From the NCBI GenBank assembly GCA_043824255.1, contig JBDRTG010000047.1:281798-345797 (forward strand): 64,000 bases of DNA, read 5' to 3'. The position numbers and the translations under genes were made by a program. How positions within the stretch are numbered: position 1 is the stretch's first letter; the number at the start of each line of letters is the position of its first letter. Source of the DNA: a bacterium. Lineage in GTDB: Bacteria; JAHJDO01. The notes under the pieces are model-generated. The model ran no database searches and was not told where the DNA came from. It saw only the letters and a list, made by a program, of their open reading frames with translations. Positions 9,862-19,741 of this stretch are shown here, piece after piece.

Positions 9862-10050
9862 ATGAAAGTTAGTATCAATAAAGAAGATTGTGTTGGATGC
9901 GGGATATGCGCAGATGACTGTCCTGATGTTTTTGAAATGCCGGAAGACATTGCTGCAGTTAAAGCAGAAGAAGTGCCAAAAAATCTAGTTACTGCAGTAA
10001 AGGAAGCTGTCGAAAACTGTCCGGTTGATGCAATCATTATTTCAGAATAA
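9862..10050 (+). CDS. Single-cluster [4Fe-4S] ferredoxin
   Basis: CVGCGICADDCP...CPVDAI; AGGAGG RBS. Confidence 0.9.
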   Translation: MKVSINKEDCVGCGICADDCPDVFEMPEDIAAVKAEEVPKNLVTAVKEAVENCPVDAIIISE

Positions 10051-10054
10051 AAAG

Positions 10055-10813
10055 TTGAAAAAATACGCAAGATTCTCAATTGATGGCAATTCCTTCAAAT
10101 ATGGTTTGGTTGAGAATGATGTTATTATAGAAATAGACGGTAATGTTTTTACAGGATTCAAAGTTACTGAGAAAAAATACAGTATTAAGAATACAAAGAT
10201 ACTGGCTCCATGTTTACCCGGCAAAGTAGTTGCTGTAGGACTCAATTACATAGACCATGCAAAAGAACTTGGCATGAGAGTACCTGACGAGCCTGTTTTA
10301 TTTATGAAACCAAGTACTTCTGTTATAGGACCTGACGATAATATTATATTTCCAAAAATGAGCAGGCGTGTAGATTATGAAGCAGAATTGGCAGTAGTAA
10401 TCAAAGATAAAACGAAAAACATTCAGCCTGAAGAAGCGCACACCCATATATTTGGATATACATGCTTAAATGATGTTACTGCGCGAGATCTTCAAAAAAA
10501 AGACGGGCAATGGACAAGAGCTAAATCATTTGATACCTTCTGCCCTATAGGCCCATACATTGTAACAGATATAAACCCTGATAATCTAAAAATAGCACTT
10601 TTCTTAAACGGACAATTAAAGCAATCATCCACTACAAGCAACTTAATTTTCAATGTTCAAAAACTTGTAAGTTTCATCTCAAAAGTCATGACCCTTTTCC
10701 CTGGAGATATAATAGCGACAGGCACTCCCTCCGGGATAGGTCCCATGAAACGCAAAGACAAGGTGGAAGTAGTTATTGAGAAAGTCGGAAGATTAAGGAA
10801 TTTTGTGATATAA
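10055..10813 (+). CDS. Fumarylacetoacetate hydrolase family protein
   Basis: VGLNY..H, DYEAEL, NDVTARD, KSFDTF, GDIIATGTP; start uncertain (TTG at 10055). Confidence 0.9.
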   Translation: MKKYARFSIDGNSFKYGLVENDVIIEIDGNVFTGFKVTEKKYSIKNTKILAPCLPGKVVAVGLNYIDHAKELGMRVPDEPVLFMKPSTSVIGPDDNIIFPKMSRRVDYEAELAVVIKDKTKNIQPEEAHTHIFGYTCLNDVTARDLQKKDGQWTRAKSFDTFCPIGPYIVTDINPDNLKIALFLNGQLKQSSTTSNLIFNVQKLVSFISKVMTLFPGDIIATGTPSGIGPMKRKDKVEVVIEKVGRLRNFVI

Positions 10814-10820
10814 TTGTTAT

Positions 10821-11894
10821 ATGCCAAGAAGGAATCAAAACATGAATTCAAAAAAACGAGTTTTGACTGCACTAAACTGGCGGGAACCTGATCGTGTTCC
10901 TGTTCAGATATATCTTACACCTGAGATAAAATCTAAGCTAATTGAGCATTTCAACGGGAAGGATATTCTTGATGCACTAGGCGTGGATTTTAGGCATGTT
11001 AGCCCAAAATACCGTGGGAAATTACGTGAATCTTACGATGGCATTACTTATGACATGTGGGGATCTGGTTATAAACATATCAAGCATGGCAGTGCTGGTA
11101 CTTATGATGAAGCAGTCGTTCTACCCCTTGCAGAACTGAAAACTATGGATGATGTTGAGAACTACCCATGGCCAACTCCCGATGATTTTGATTATTCCGT
11201 CATACCAGAGCAGTGTGAGAGATTTCATAATTTTGCCATCTGCCTGGGAGGAGGAGGATATCCCGATATAGTTAATGGAGTCTCCCGTGGCAGAGGCATG
11301 GAGCAGGTTCTGATAGATATTGCCCTGCGAGATGACGTTGGAATGGCTATAATCAATAAGCGCGTGGATATTTGTTATGAAGTACTGCGCCGTGGTCTGG
11401 AAGCAGCCAATGATAAAGTAGACATTCTATGCTTGGGTGAGGATACAGGCAATCAAAACGGAAGAATGGTATCTCCAAAAGACTTTGACGAAGTTTTCAG
11501 ACCACGTCTTAAACGATTCTATAATCTTGCTCATGAATTTGAGGCAAAAGCAATGATGCATTCATGTGGTGATACACATGAAATAATGCCAACATTTATT
11601 GAGATGGAGCTTGATATTCTTGATGCAATGCAACCTGAACCTGCTGGAATGGATCCTGAAACAATAAGAAATGCATGCAAAGGTAAACTGGCTTTTTGTG
11701 GACTCATCAGCACCCAGCAGACGCTTCCACATGGCAGTATAGAAGATTGCCGAGCAGAAGCACGCCACAGACTTGATGTTATAGCAAAAGGTGGCGGATA
11801 TATTTTTTCTCCTGCACATTGTATTCAACCAGATACTCCACTTGAAAATATTCTGGCAATCTACGAAGAGGCACTTGCGAAAAAACTAATATAG
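10821..11894 (+). CDS. Uroporphyrinogen decarboxylase / MtaA-CmuA-like family protein
   Basis: EPDRVP, HSCG, GGGYIFSPAHCIQPDTPLENI. Confidence 0.8.
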   Translation: MPRRNQNMNSKKRVLTALNWREPDRVPVQIYLTPEIKSKLIEHFNGKDILDALGVDFRHVSPKYRGKLRESYDGITYDMWGSGYKHIKHGSAGTYDEAVVLPLAELKTMDDVENYPWPTPDDFDYSVIPEQCERFHNFAICLGGGGYPDIVNGVSRGRGMEQVLIDIALRDDVGMAIINKRVDICYEVLRRGLEAANDKVDILCLGEDTGNQNGRMVSPKDFDEVFRPRLKRFYNLAHEFEAKAMMHSCGDTHEIMPTFIEMELDILDAMQPEPAGMDPETIRNACKGKLAFCGLISTQQTLPHGSIEDCRAEARHRLDVIAKGGGYIFSPAHCIQPDTPLENILAIYEEALAKKLI

Positions 11895-12034
11895 CATATA
11901 ACAAGAAATCTAATGAGCTTGAACGTTAGAACGTTATACTAAATTGGTTACTCTCAAATCGTTAAGCTAGTATGTTAAACCAAATATTGTGAAAGAGGTG
12001 GAGTGTGTCATTTTTCAGGGTTTGGGTATATATC

Positions 12035-13633
12035 TCATATTTTAAAAGACCGTTTTCTTAACTTCTTATGATAACTGTGTGCGAATCTGTGAGCTTCATC
12101 TCGAATATGCTGTAATAATTGCAGAGGCTTTGAATTCCTTGGTAAAATTATGGGATTTGATTTACCTCTTACGAAAATATGCTCCCGTTCCTTTGCTAGA
12201 GCTATTATGGAAATACCATCTATTCCTAACTTATCAATTTCATCTGAGGCTGATGAGAGGTGTCCTCTGCCTCCATCTATTAGAATTAAATCCGGCATTT
12301 GGCCACCCTCATGCAACAGACGAGAATACCTTCTGCGCACTATCTCTCGTATCATGGCATTATCATCTATGCCGCATGTTTGTTTTATCTTAAACTTTCT
12401 CCAGCTATTCTTATCCGGCTCACCGTCTCTAAAACTGACCATTGCTCCTACAGCTTCTTTGCCGCTTATATTAGACACATCAAACCCTTCAATTATATGC
12501 GGGATAGCGGGACTTTTGAGATTTTTCTCCAGAAATTTTGATTCTAATTTTAACCTTGCGTTCTTGCTGGCCATATTCAGAAGTTCAAATTTGGTTCCTC
12601 TTTTTGGAACATGTACGGCTACTTTATGCCCAATCTTACTTTGTAGCCAATCCTCTATAATAGATTTGTCTTTAATATCAAAAGGAACATTTATTGTTGT
12701 GGGGATAAAACTGGTTTTAGAATAGAATTGTTTGATAAACGATTCCAGTATCTCCGTATCTGAAAACATATTATTAGGTTCCAGCAAGAAGTTCTCTTGC
12801 CCAATTAACTTCCCCCCTCTAACCATAAGCATACATATGTAAATAGCTTTTTCGTCGCTTTTTGCTATTCCAATGTAATCATTATCCTTGGTAGAAAGTA
12901 AATTCACTTTTTGTTTCTCTGTGATTTTTTCGATATTTTTTACTTTTTCTCTGAGCTTCACAGCTAATTCATACTGCTGATTCCTGCTGGCTAGTTTCAT
13001 CTGTTTCTTTAGGGAGCAAAGAACCTTGTTCATTCTGCCTTCTAAAAACATTCCTACGCTATTGACCAATTTCTGATACTGCTCTCTTGTAATCTTACCT
13101 GCACACGGGCCACTACATTGTTTCATATAATAATTAAGACACGGCCGCTCTAATTTATGAGAACCTAACTTCTTATTGCAGTTTCTAATTGGAAACAGGT
13201 TTTTGATCAAGCGCAGAGTTTTCTTTACTCCTGCAAGATCAGTATAAGGGCCATAGTAGGTTGCCTCTTTATCCGTAAGGTCTCTTGTAAGACAAATCCT
13301 TGGGAACTCCTCATATTTACTTATCTTTATATAAGGATATTTTTTGCCATCTTTCAATCTGAGGTTAAATTTGGGTTTGTATTCTTTTATTAAGTTGCTT
13401 TCTAGATTTAAGGCTTCTGCAGAAGATTTCGTCACAATATAATCTATATCTGCAATCTCTTTAACTAATTTTGAATTTTTAATTGGATAAATTGGGGATG
13501 TTTGAAAGTATGATCCAACGCGAGCTTTGAGCGATACAGCTTTACCTACATATACGACTTTCTCATTTTTATCTTTAAAAATATATACTCCACAATCAGA
13601 TGGGAATATATGTGTTTTTTTTGTAAAAATCTT
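12035..13633 (-). CDS. uvrC: Excinuclease ABC subunit C (frame open from 13633; start unresolved; no C-terminal HhH domain)
   Basis: Manual translation upstream of the tracked GTG (13435) gives FPSDCGVYIFKDKNEKVVYVGKAVSLKARVGSYF (GIY-YIG); then LKDGKKYPY, Cys cluster, UVR region, FDVSN, DGGRGH, RDEAHRFA. Confidence 0.92.
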   Translation of the reverse strand, partial: KIFTKKTHIFPSDCGVYIFKDKNEKVVYVGKAVSLKARVGSYFQTSPIYPIKNSKLVKEIADIDYIVTKSSAEALNLESNLIKEYKPKFNLRLKDGKKYPYIKISKYEEFPRICLTRDLTDKEATYYGPYTDLAGVKKTLRLIKNLFPIRNCNKKLGSHKLERPCLNYYMKQCSGPCAGKITREQYQKLVNSVGMFLEGRMNKVLCSLKKQMKLASRNQQYELAVKLREKVKNIEKITEKQKVNLLSTKDNDYIGIAKSDEKAIYICMLMVRGGKLIGQENFLLEPNNMFSDTEILESFIKQFYSKTSFIPTTINVPFDIKDKSIIEDWLQSKIGHKVAVHVPKRGTKFELLNMASKNARLKLESKFLEKNLKSPAIPHIIEGFDVSNISGKEAVGAMVSFRDGEPDKNSWRKFKIKQTCGIDDNAMIREIVRRRYSRLLHEGGQMPDLILIDGGRGHLSSASDEIDKLGIDGISIIALAKEREHIFVRGKSNPIILPRNSKPLQLLQHIRDEAHRFAHSYHKKLRKRSFKI

Positions 13634-14252
13634 TTATAACCTTTATTGCTTCCTGAGAAGTGTCTGCGACATGGAAAATATTTGATTCTTTTTTAGAAAT
13701 ATACTTTCGTCTGACAAGTTCTCCATTAATCCATTCAACCAACTCTTTCCAGTATTCCTCTCCTACCAGAATTACAGGAAAAGATTTGATTCTTTTGGTT
13801 TGTATCAATGTAAGCGCCTCAAAGAATTCATCCATTGTTCCATAACCGCCCGGAAACACAACATATGCAGAAGCATACTTAACAAACATTACCTTTCTGC
13901 AAAAGAAATATCTGAAGTTAAGAAGAGTTTTGACAAACTTGTTTGGCTTTTGTTCTCGTGGTATTTCAATGTTCAATCCTATTGATTCTCCGCCTGCCTT
14001 AAATGCGCCTTTGTTAGCAGCCTCCATTATTCCAGGCCCGCCGCCGCTAATAATAGCATAACCTTCTTTTACAAGCATCGCTGCTAGTTCTTCAGCTATT
14101 TTGTAATATTTGTCATCAGGTTTTACTCTTGAGGATCCAAAAATGCTTACAGCTTTGCCTACTCTGGATAATGTCTCAAATCCCTCTATAAACTCTGCCA
14201 TTATCCTGAAAACGCGCCATGTATCACCAGATTTAAAATCTTCTATACGCAT
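13596..14252 (-). CDS. LOG family nucleotide phosphoribohydrolase (TIGR00730-like)
   Basis: SGGGPGIMEA, FFCRK, PGGYGTMDE; GAGG RBS before ATG 14252. Confidence 0.92.
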   Translation of the reverse strand: MRIEDFKSGDTWRVFRIMAEFIEGFETLSRVGKAVSIFGSSRVKPDDKYYKIAEELAAMLVKEGYAIISGGGPGIMEAANKGAFKAGGESIGLNIEIPREQKPNKFVKTLLNFRYFFCRKVMFVKYASAYVVFPGGYGTMDEFFEALTLIQTKRIKSFPVILVGEEYWKELVEWINGELVRRKYISKKESNIFHVADTSQEAIKVIKDFYKKNTYIPI

Positions 14253-14313
14253 AATAATTGCCTCTTCTCTTCTATTTAAGATATCACATTGCATTAATAA
14301 AAGCAAAGCTCTA

Positions 14314-14342
14314 TTGACAAAACATTCGACGAACCTTATAAT
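14314..14342 (+). promoter_or_regulatory. Perfect sigma70 consensus promoter
   Basis: TTGACA(14314-19)-17 bp-TATAAT(14337-42). Confidence 0.85.
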
Positions 14343-14385
14343 TGCTGCCAGTGTATAAAATTATCAAAGAGGGGGGGTGAAACAT

Positions 14386-14859
14386 ATGAAATTAACAGGT
14401 ACAGTTCTTACAATTGTATTGGCCATTGTTCTTACGATATCTACATCAGTGGTCTTTGCTGGAGAATTGGAAGCTAAAGGCGATAAGATATTGGGTGACT
14501 GCTGTAAAGCTCTAACATCCTGCGGCGTAGATATGGAAGGGATGAGGGATAAGATGACCTCAGAGGTTAATCCCATTATAGACGAGGCGAAAGCATGTAT
14601 TAAGGAATGCAAGAAGAAAATAGCTATTGCTGAAATTGATAAAGATGAAGCTGTAATAGCTGACGCTAAAGCATCTATAATCAAATGCGAAAACGCAATA
14701 AAGGGGTGCAAGAAGGTTAAAGCTACTGCAGGATCTTTGGGTAAAAGAGGAAAACTGCTGAAGGAACTTGCTAGCGAGGGACCTGAAACATTCATGAATA
14801 AGATAGCAGCTAAGACTAAAAAGGCAGCAGGCAAGGTTAAACTAAAAAAGAAGAAATAG
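14386..14859 (+). CDS. Hypothetical secreted helical protein, Cys- and Lys-rich
   Basis: Signal peptide MKLTG...VVFA, own promoter, G-rich RBS and downstream hairpin. Confidence 0.8.
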   Translation: MKLTGTVLTIVLAIVLTISTSVVFAGELEAKGDKILGDCCKALTSCGVDMEGMRDKMTSEVNPIIDEAKACIKECKKKIAIAEIDKDEAVIADAKASIIKCENAIKGCKKVKATAGSLGKRGKLLKELASEGPETFMNKIAAKTKKAAGKVKLKKKK

Positions 14860-14867
14860 CTTTCTCT

Positions 14868-14924
14868 AATAGGGCTTATATTTTCTAGGTAAAATATTCT
14901 GGATTTTATAGGCCCTATTCTTTT
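14868..14924 (+). terminator. Putative intrinsic terminator
   Basis: AATAGGGCTTATA...TATAGGCCCTATT inverted repeat followed by CTTTT. Confidence 0.5.
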
Positions 14925-15012
14925 GTCTAAATGCGCTTGACCCTCTCACAATATTTATGCTAACATAGCGCCACCAGTGTACGTCTTGTCTTATATGTAA
15001 CAGGAGATAGTT

Positions 15013-15324
15013 TTGATAGAAGAAGTAATAGAGAAGATAAAACAAGCTGAGCAAAAAGCATCAAAACTTATAGAAAAAGAAAAACAACAAACAAGTGCCA
15101 AGCTGAAAAATGCTCAGAAGAATGCATTAGATTATATTGAAAAGACTGTTGCAAGTGCAAGGCAGGAAGCAAAGAAAATACTGGCAAAAGCTGATATGCA
15201 GGCTAAAAACCAGGTCGAAAAAATACGTGAAAATAATACAGGATATCTATCTAAGCTTGAGCAAAAGGCAAAACTTAAACAAGAAAGCGCTATAAAAATT
15301 ATCATGGAGGAGCTAGTACATTAA
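15013..15324 (+). CDS. V/A-type ATPase subunit G/H (peripheral stalk)
   Basis: IEKIKQAEQKA coiled coil, first gene of the operon, AGGAG RBS, TTG start. Confidence 0.75.
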   Translation: MIEEVIEKIKQAEQKASKLIEKEKQQTSAKLKNAQKNALDYIEKTVASARQEAKKILAKADMQAKNQVEKIRENNTGYLSKLEQKAKLKQESAIKIIMEELVH

Positions 15325-17273
15325 TGGCTATCTCTCAAATGCAAAAGGTCAACATAATTGGGATCAAATCCCAATGTCAGGATGTTGTCTCTTTCCTGGA
15401 ATCACTCAATCTCATCCAGATTAATCATATTAAGCAATCACAAGCTGAAAAACATAAAGATTTTCTAAAACCGATTCGAGTAAATCCTGACCAATCCAAA
15501 AAAGAGCTTTCTGAACTTCAGTCTACTATAGACTTTTTGTCGCGATTTGGGCAAAAAATAGGTTTTATCTCCAGTTTGATGGGTAGCAAAATCCTGCTAT
15601 CAGCTGACGAATTTGAAAAAACAGCCCTAGAATTCGATTATAGAGAAATCCATAAAACTTGTATGCTCATTCAGCAGGAATTGCATAAAACAGAAAGGGA
15701 AATCGGGGTGCTTCATGCTCAGTATAATCAGCTCATTCCGTGGAAACCCCTCAGCCTTTCTTTAGATACATTAAATATAACGGAGACTATCAAGTATGCA
15801 TTTTTAACTGGAACTACTGGCAAATTTGCTTATTTCAAGAACCATATGAGTAAAAAATTCCCTCTCTTACACTGTGAAAAAGCCTCAGACTATCAGGAAA
15901 CAGAGAATATTGTAGCCATATATTTCAACGGCCAAGAAAAAGAAATACTTAGCGAATGCAAGAAACTAGGAGTTGAAAGAGTAGACCTATTCAATCTTAA
16001 AGGAACAGTAGATTCAAACCTTGAGAGAATATCCATAGAGTTGGAAAAGCTCAAGGAAAAACATAAAACCCTCAATAAAGACGCGACTGAGCTTACGCCT
16101 CATTCAGGCAAACTAAAGGTTGCCTACGACTATTTTTTAAGCTTGAACCATAGAACATCCCTGCAGAATAAATTTTTGGAATCAAATGAAACCTTCTTGC
16201 TTGAAGGTTGGTTAAAAAAAGACGGTGTTAAAAAATTTGAAAAACAATTTTCAGAAAGATTTCCAGAATCCAGCGTAATCAAAGTAGCCCCTGCTAAAGG
16301 AGAGTTAGCACCTATATATCTTGAAAACAAGCCTGTACTTAAACCATTTGAGACGGTAACTGACTTATACGGGACTCCGGCAAATACATCTGTTGACCCT
16401 ACTCCCTTTATGGCTCCATTCTTTTTCTTGTTTTTTGGATTATGTCTTACAGATGCTGGATATGGTCTTATCTTAAGCACTATTGCTCTTTTAGGCTTAT
16501 CAACAATAGCTCATACGCCAGGTGTTAAAAGATTTTTAAAGCTTATACTATATGCTGGAATATCAACGATTCTCTGCGGAATATTTACAGGAGGCTGGTT
16601 TGGTATAGAGGCAGAAAAACTTCCAGTATTTTTGCAAAAAGTCATCATATTTAGTCCTCTAAAAGATTCAATGCAGTTTTTTATAATAGCCTTGGCTTTG
16701 GGATTTATTCAACTGTACTGGGGAATACTAATTAAAGCATATAATTGTATTAAAAGCAGAAATTTTGCTGGAGCAATATTCGACCAAATACCATGGCTTA
16801 TTATTATGCCATCACTTCTATTATTAACAATGGGTAAGAGCATGGGAAAATGGCCAGCTTTAGCAGGAGCTGTAGTTATAATTCTCTTCTTTGGAAGAGA
16901 TCAAAAAAATCCAATTGCGAGAGTTCTTTCCGGGATAGTAATAGGCTGTCTATGGCTGGGTAAAGACATTGTTGGGAATATACTTTCGTATTCAAGATTG
17001 ATGGCTCTGGGATTGTCTACTGCGGTTATTGCGCTGGTTGCAAACAAGTTAGCAGGAATTGCTTTGGGGATTTCTATTCCAGGTGTAAACATACTTCTGG
17101 CTATTATTGTGCTTTTCATGCTGCATTCACTGAATTTTCTAGTTAATTCACTCGGCGCATATGTTCATTCAAGCAGGCTGCAATATGTGGAATTTTTCCC
17201 GTATTTTTTTACTTCGGGAGGCGAGCAATTTGAGCCTCTTAGCAAAAACACAAAATATACAATAATTAAATAA
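15324..17273 (+). CDS. ntpI: V/A-type ATPase subunit I (a)
   Basis: DPTPF, DAGYG, LSYSRLMALG, HSSRLQYVEFF. Confidence 0.95.
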   Translation: MAISQMQKVNIIGIKSQCQDVVSFLESLNLIQINHIKQSQAEKHKDFLKPIRVNPDQSKKELSELQSTIDFLSRFGQKIGFISSLMGSKILLSADEFEKTALEFDYREIHKTCMLIQQELHKTEREIGVLHAQYNQLIPWKPLSLSLDTLNITETIKYAFLTGTTGKFAYFKNHMSKKFPLLHCEKASDYQETENIVAIYFNGQEKEILSECKKLGVERVDLFNLKGTVDSNLERISIELEKLKEKHKTLNKDATELTPHSGKLKVAYDYFLSLNHRTSLQNKFLESNETFLLEGWLKKDGVKKFEKQFSERFPESSVIKVAPAKGELAPIYLENKPVLKPFETVTDLYGTPANTSVDPTPFMAPFFFLFFGLCLTDAGYGLILSTIALLGLSTIAHTPGVKRFLKLILYAGISTILCGIFTGGWFGIEAEKLPVFLQKVIIFSPLKDSMQFFIIALALGFIQLYWGILIKAYNCIKSRNFAGAIFDQIPWLIIMPSLLLLTMGKSMGKWPALAGAVVIILFFGRDQKNPIARVLSGIVIGCLWLGKDIVGNILSYSRLMALGLSTAVIALVANKLAGIALGISIPGVNILLAIIVLFMLHSLNFLVNSLGAYVHSSRLQYVEFFPYFFTSGGEQFEPLSKNTKYTIIK

Positions 17274-17765
<492 letters not shown>

Positions 17766-17806
17766 AAATTCTTAATTTTAAATTTTTAATTATGAATTAA
17801 GCTATT

Positions 17807-18412
17807 ATGTCCATTGAAAATATTATAAAAAAAATAGAAGCTGATGCTGAAGCAGAGTGCAAGGTGCTAAGAGATAGAGCATCTCAGGAGATTAAACAGA
17901 TACAGAAACAAGCAAAGAATCAGGCTGAAAAAGAGAGAGAAAACATTCTGAAACATGCAAAAGAGCAAGCAGAAAAAAACATGAATAAGGCTGTTGTTTC
18001 TGCGAATCTTGAGTGCAGGATTAAGTCATTGAAAGTTAAGCAGGATATAATCTCACTATGTTTTGAAAAAGCATACAATGAAACACTTAAGTTGCCTACC
18101 TCAGATTATTTAGGATTAATAGAGCTGAAGTTATTGAAACTTACAGAAATCGGAGATGAAAAGGTGATATTTGGAGACCTGCACAGAGAAAAGTTCAATA
18201 GTGATTTTATAAATCAAATAAATAAGAAACTAGTTTCAGGAGGAAAAAAGGGAAGGCTTTGTATTTCAAATGCTTCAAGACCCATAAAGGCTGGTTTCAT
18301 CTTGATAAAAGAGAAACAAGAGATCAACGTATCCTTAGAACAATTAATTAAGATGCTAAGGCATAAATTACTAATAAAAATAAACAACGTTCTATTTGGA
18401 CAGCAGGTATAA
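17807..18412 (+). CDS. ntpE: V/A-type ATPase subunit E
   Basis: MSIENIIKKI coiled coil, IKAGFIL, operon position. Confidence 0.9.
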   Translation: MSIENIIKKIEADAEAECKVLRDRASQEIKQIQKQAKNQAEKERENILKHAKEQAEKNMNKAVVSANLECRIKSLKVKQDIISLCFEKAYNETLKLPTSDYLGLIELKLLKLTEIGDEKVIFGDLHREKFNSDFINQINKKLVSGGKKGRLCISNASRPIKAGFILIKEKQEINVSLEQLIKMLRHKLLIKINNVLFGQQV

Positions 18413-19440
18413 TGTTTATTGATAAAGCCTCATACGTAGAATATAATCCCGAATATTTGTTTGCTGTAGGCAAGCTAAGGGTCCATGAGAGAAAACTCAT
18501 TAATAAGGCAACTCTTACCCAACTTGTTGAATGTAACGGCTTTGGGGAACTGGTTTCCATACTAAGCGAGAGAAATTATTCAGATAACATATCCTCTGTA
18601 GAAAAGCCTGAGGATTTAGAAAATCTAATATTTGACGAAATGTCAAACACTATAGGTGAGATAAAAAAACTGTCTCATGATGATGAAGCAACCAATTTAT
18701 ATCTATTCAGATATGATATGCAAAACCTGAAACTCCTGATAAAGGCTGGAAAAAATTCTGAAGATATTAACCATGCTCTGCTCTATAGAAGCATAATAGA
18801 TACTGAGAATCTTGAGGATTCAATAAAGGAAGAAATCTTTTATGTATTTCCGGAGTCTCTAAGAGACAAAATAAAGACAATATGGCTTGAAGAAGTACAA
18901 CAAGGGAACCTTCAGGAAGCTGAAATTCTCCTGGATAAATTGTGGCTGGAAACAGGGTATTGTTACATGAAAGATAGTGGGCAAATATTTCTGCGGGATT
19001 TCTTTTCTGTATTAATTGATCTATATAACCTTAAGTTAATCTTTAGAACTAAAGTTATGAGCTATGATTCAGAGAGAGTCCATGGATACATTGCAGAAGG
19101 AGGTTTTATTGACAAATCCGTCATCTCAAACTCCTGTAACATGGAATTAGAAAGAATAGTAAAATCCTTTCAATCCTCAGATTATAATAAAATTCTTAAA
19201 CCAGGAGTTGAACATTTCCAAAGATATAATTCTTTCTGGAAGTTTGAGCAGTTATGCAACGATTTTCTGATAGAATTCGTAGATATTGTAAAATTCTTGG
19301 TTGCCAGTGTGTCAGTCCTCATACGATATCTGGTAATTAAAGAAATTGAGCTTAAAAATCTGAGAGCTATTTTAATCGGAAAAAATAATGGGCTTTCAGT
19401 TGGACAAATCAGCCAAAATTTAGGGTGCGCGTATGCCTAG
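18412..19440 (+). CDS. ntpC: V/A-type ATPase subunit C
   Basis: YDMQNLK, IDLYNL, KEIELKNLRAILIGK. Confidence 0.9.
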   Translation: MFIDKASYVEYNPEYLFAVGKLRVHERKLINKATLTQLVECNGFGELVSILSERNYSDNISSVEKPEDLENLIFDEMSNTIGEIKKLSHDDEATNLYLFRYDMQNLKLLIKAGKNSEDINHALLYRSIIDTENLEDSIKEEIFYVFPESLRDKIKTIWLEEVQQGNLQEAEILLDKLWLETGYCYMKDSGQIFLRDFFSVLIDLYNLKLIFRTKVMSYDSERVHGYIAEGGFIDKSVISNSCNMELERIVKSFQSSDYNKILKPGVEHFQRYNSFWKFEQLCNDFLIEFVDIVKFLVASVSVLIRYLVIKEIELKNLRAILIGKNNGLSVGQISQNLGCAYA

Positions 19441-19741
19441 TATTGCAGCAATTGGTAAATCAGATATAGTTTCTGTATTCTCTGCGTTTGGCATAAGCGC
19501 CTTTCCGATAGATAGTTCAGAAGATGCAGTGTTAAAACTTAATGAACTGGTTTCGCTAAACACTGATGTTGTTTTCATCACAGAAGAGCTGGCAAGCCAG
19601 ATTATACATGTAATTTCTGAGATAAACATAAAGACTCAAACCAGTATTACTGTTATCCCTGACCATAAAGGTTCAAAGGGACTAGCAACAGCAATAATTA
19701 AAGATACTGTAAAAGAAGCAATAGGAATGGATATTATATGA
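19433..19741 (+). CDS. V/A-type ATPase subunit F
   Basis: IAAIG..D....[13 protein letters not shown]. Confidence 0.9.
   Translation: MPSIAAIGKSDIVSVFSAFGISAFPIDSSEDAVLKLNELVSLNTDVVFITEELASQIIHVISEINIKTQTSITVIPDHKGSKGLATAIIKDTVKEAIGMDII

Noticed and set aside
14371..14377. G7 tract as a phase-variation site
   Set aside because: It is short and lies at the RBS position, so it is adequately explained as a Shine-Dalgarno sequence.
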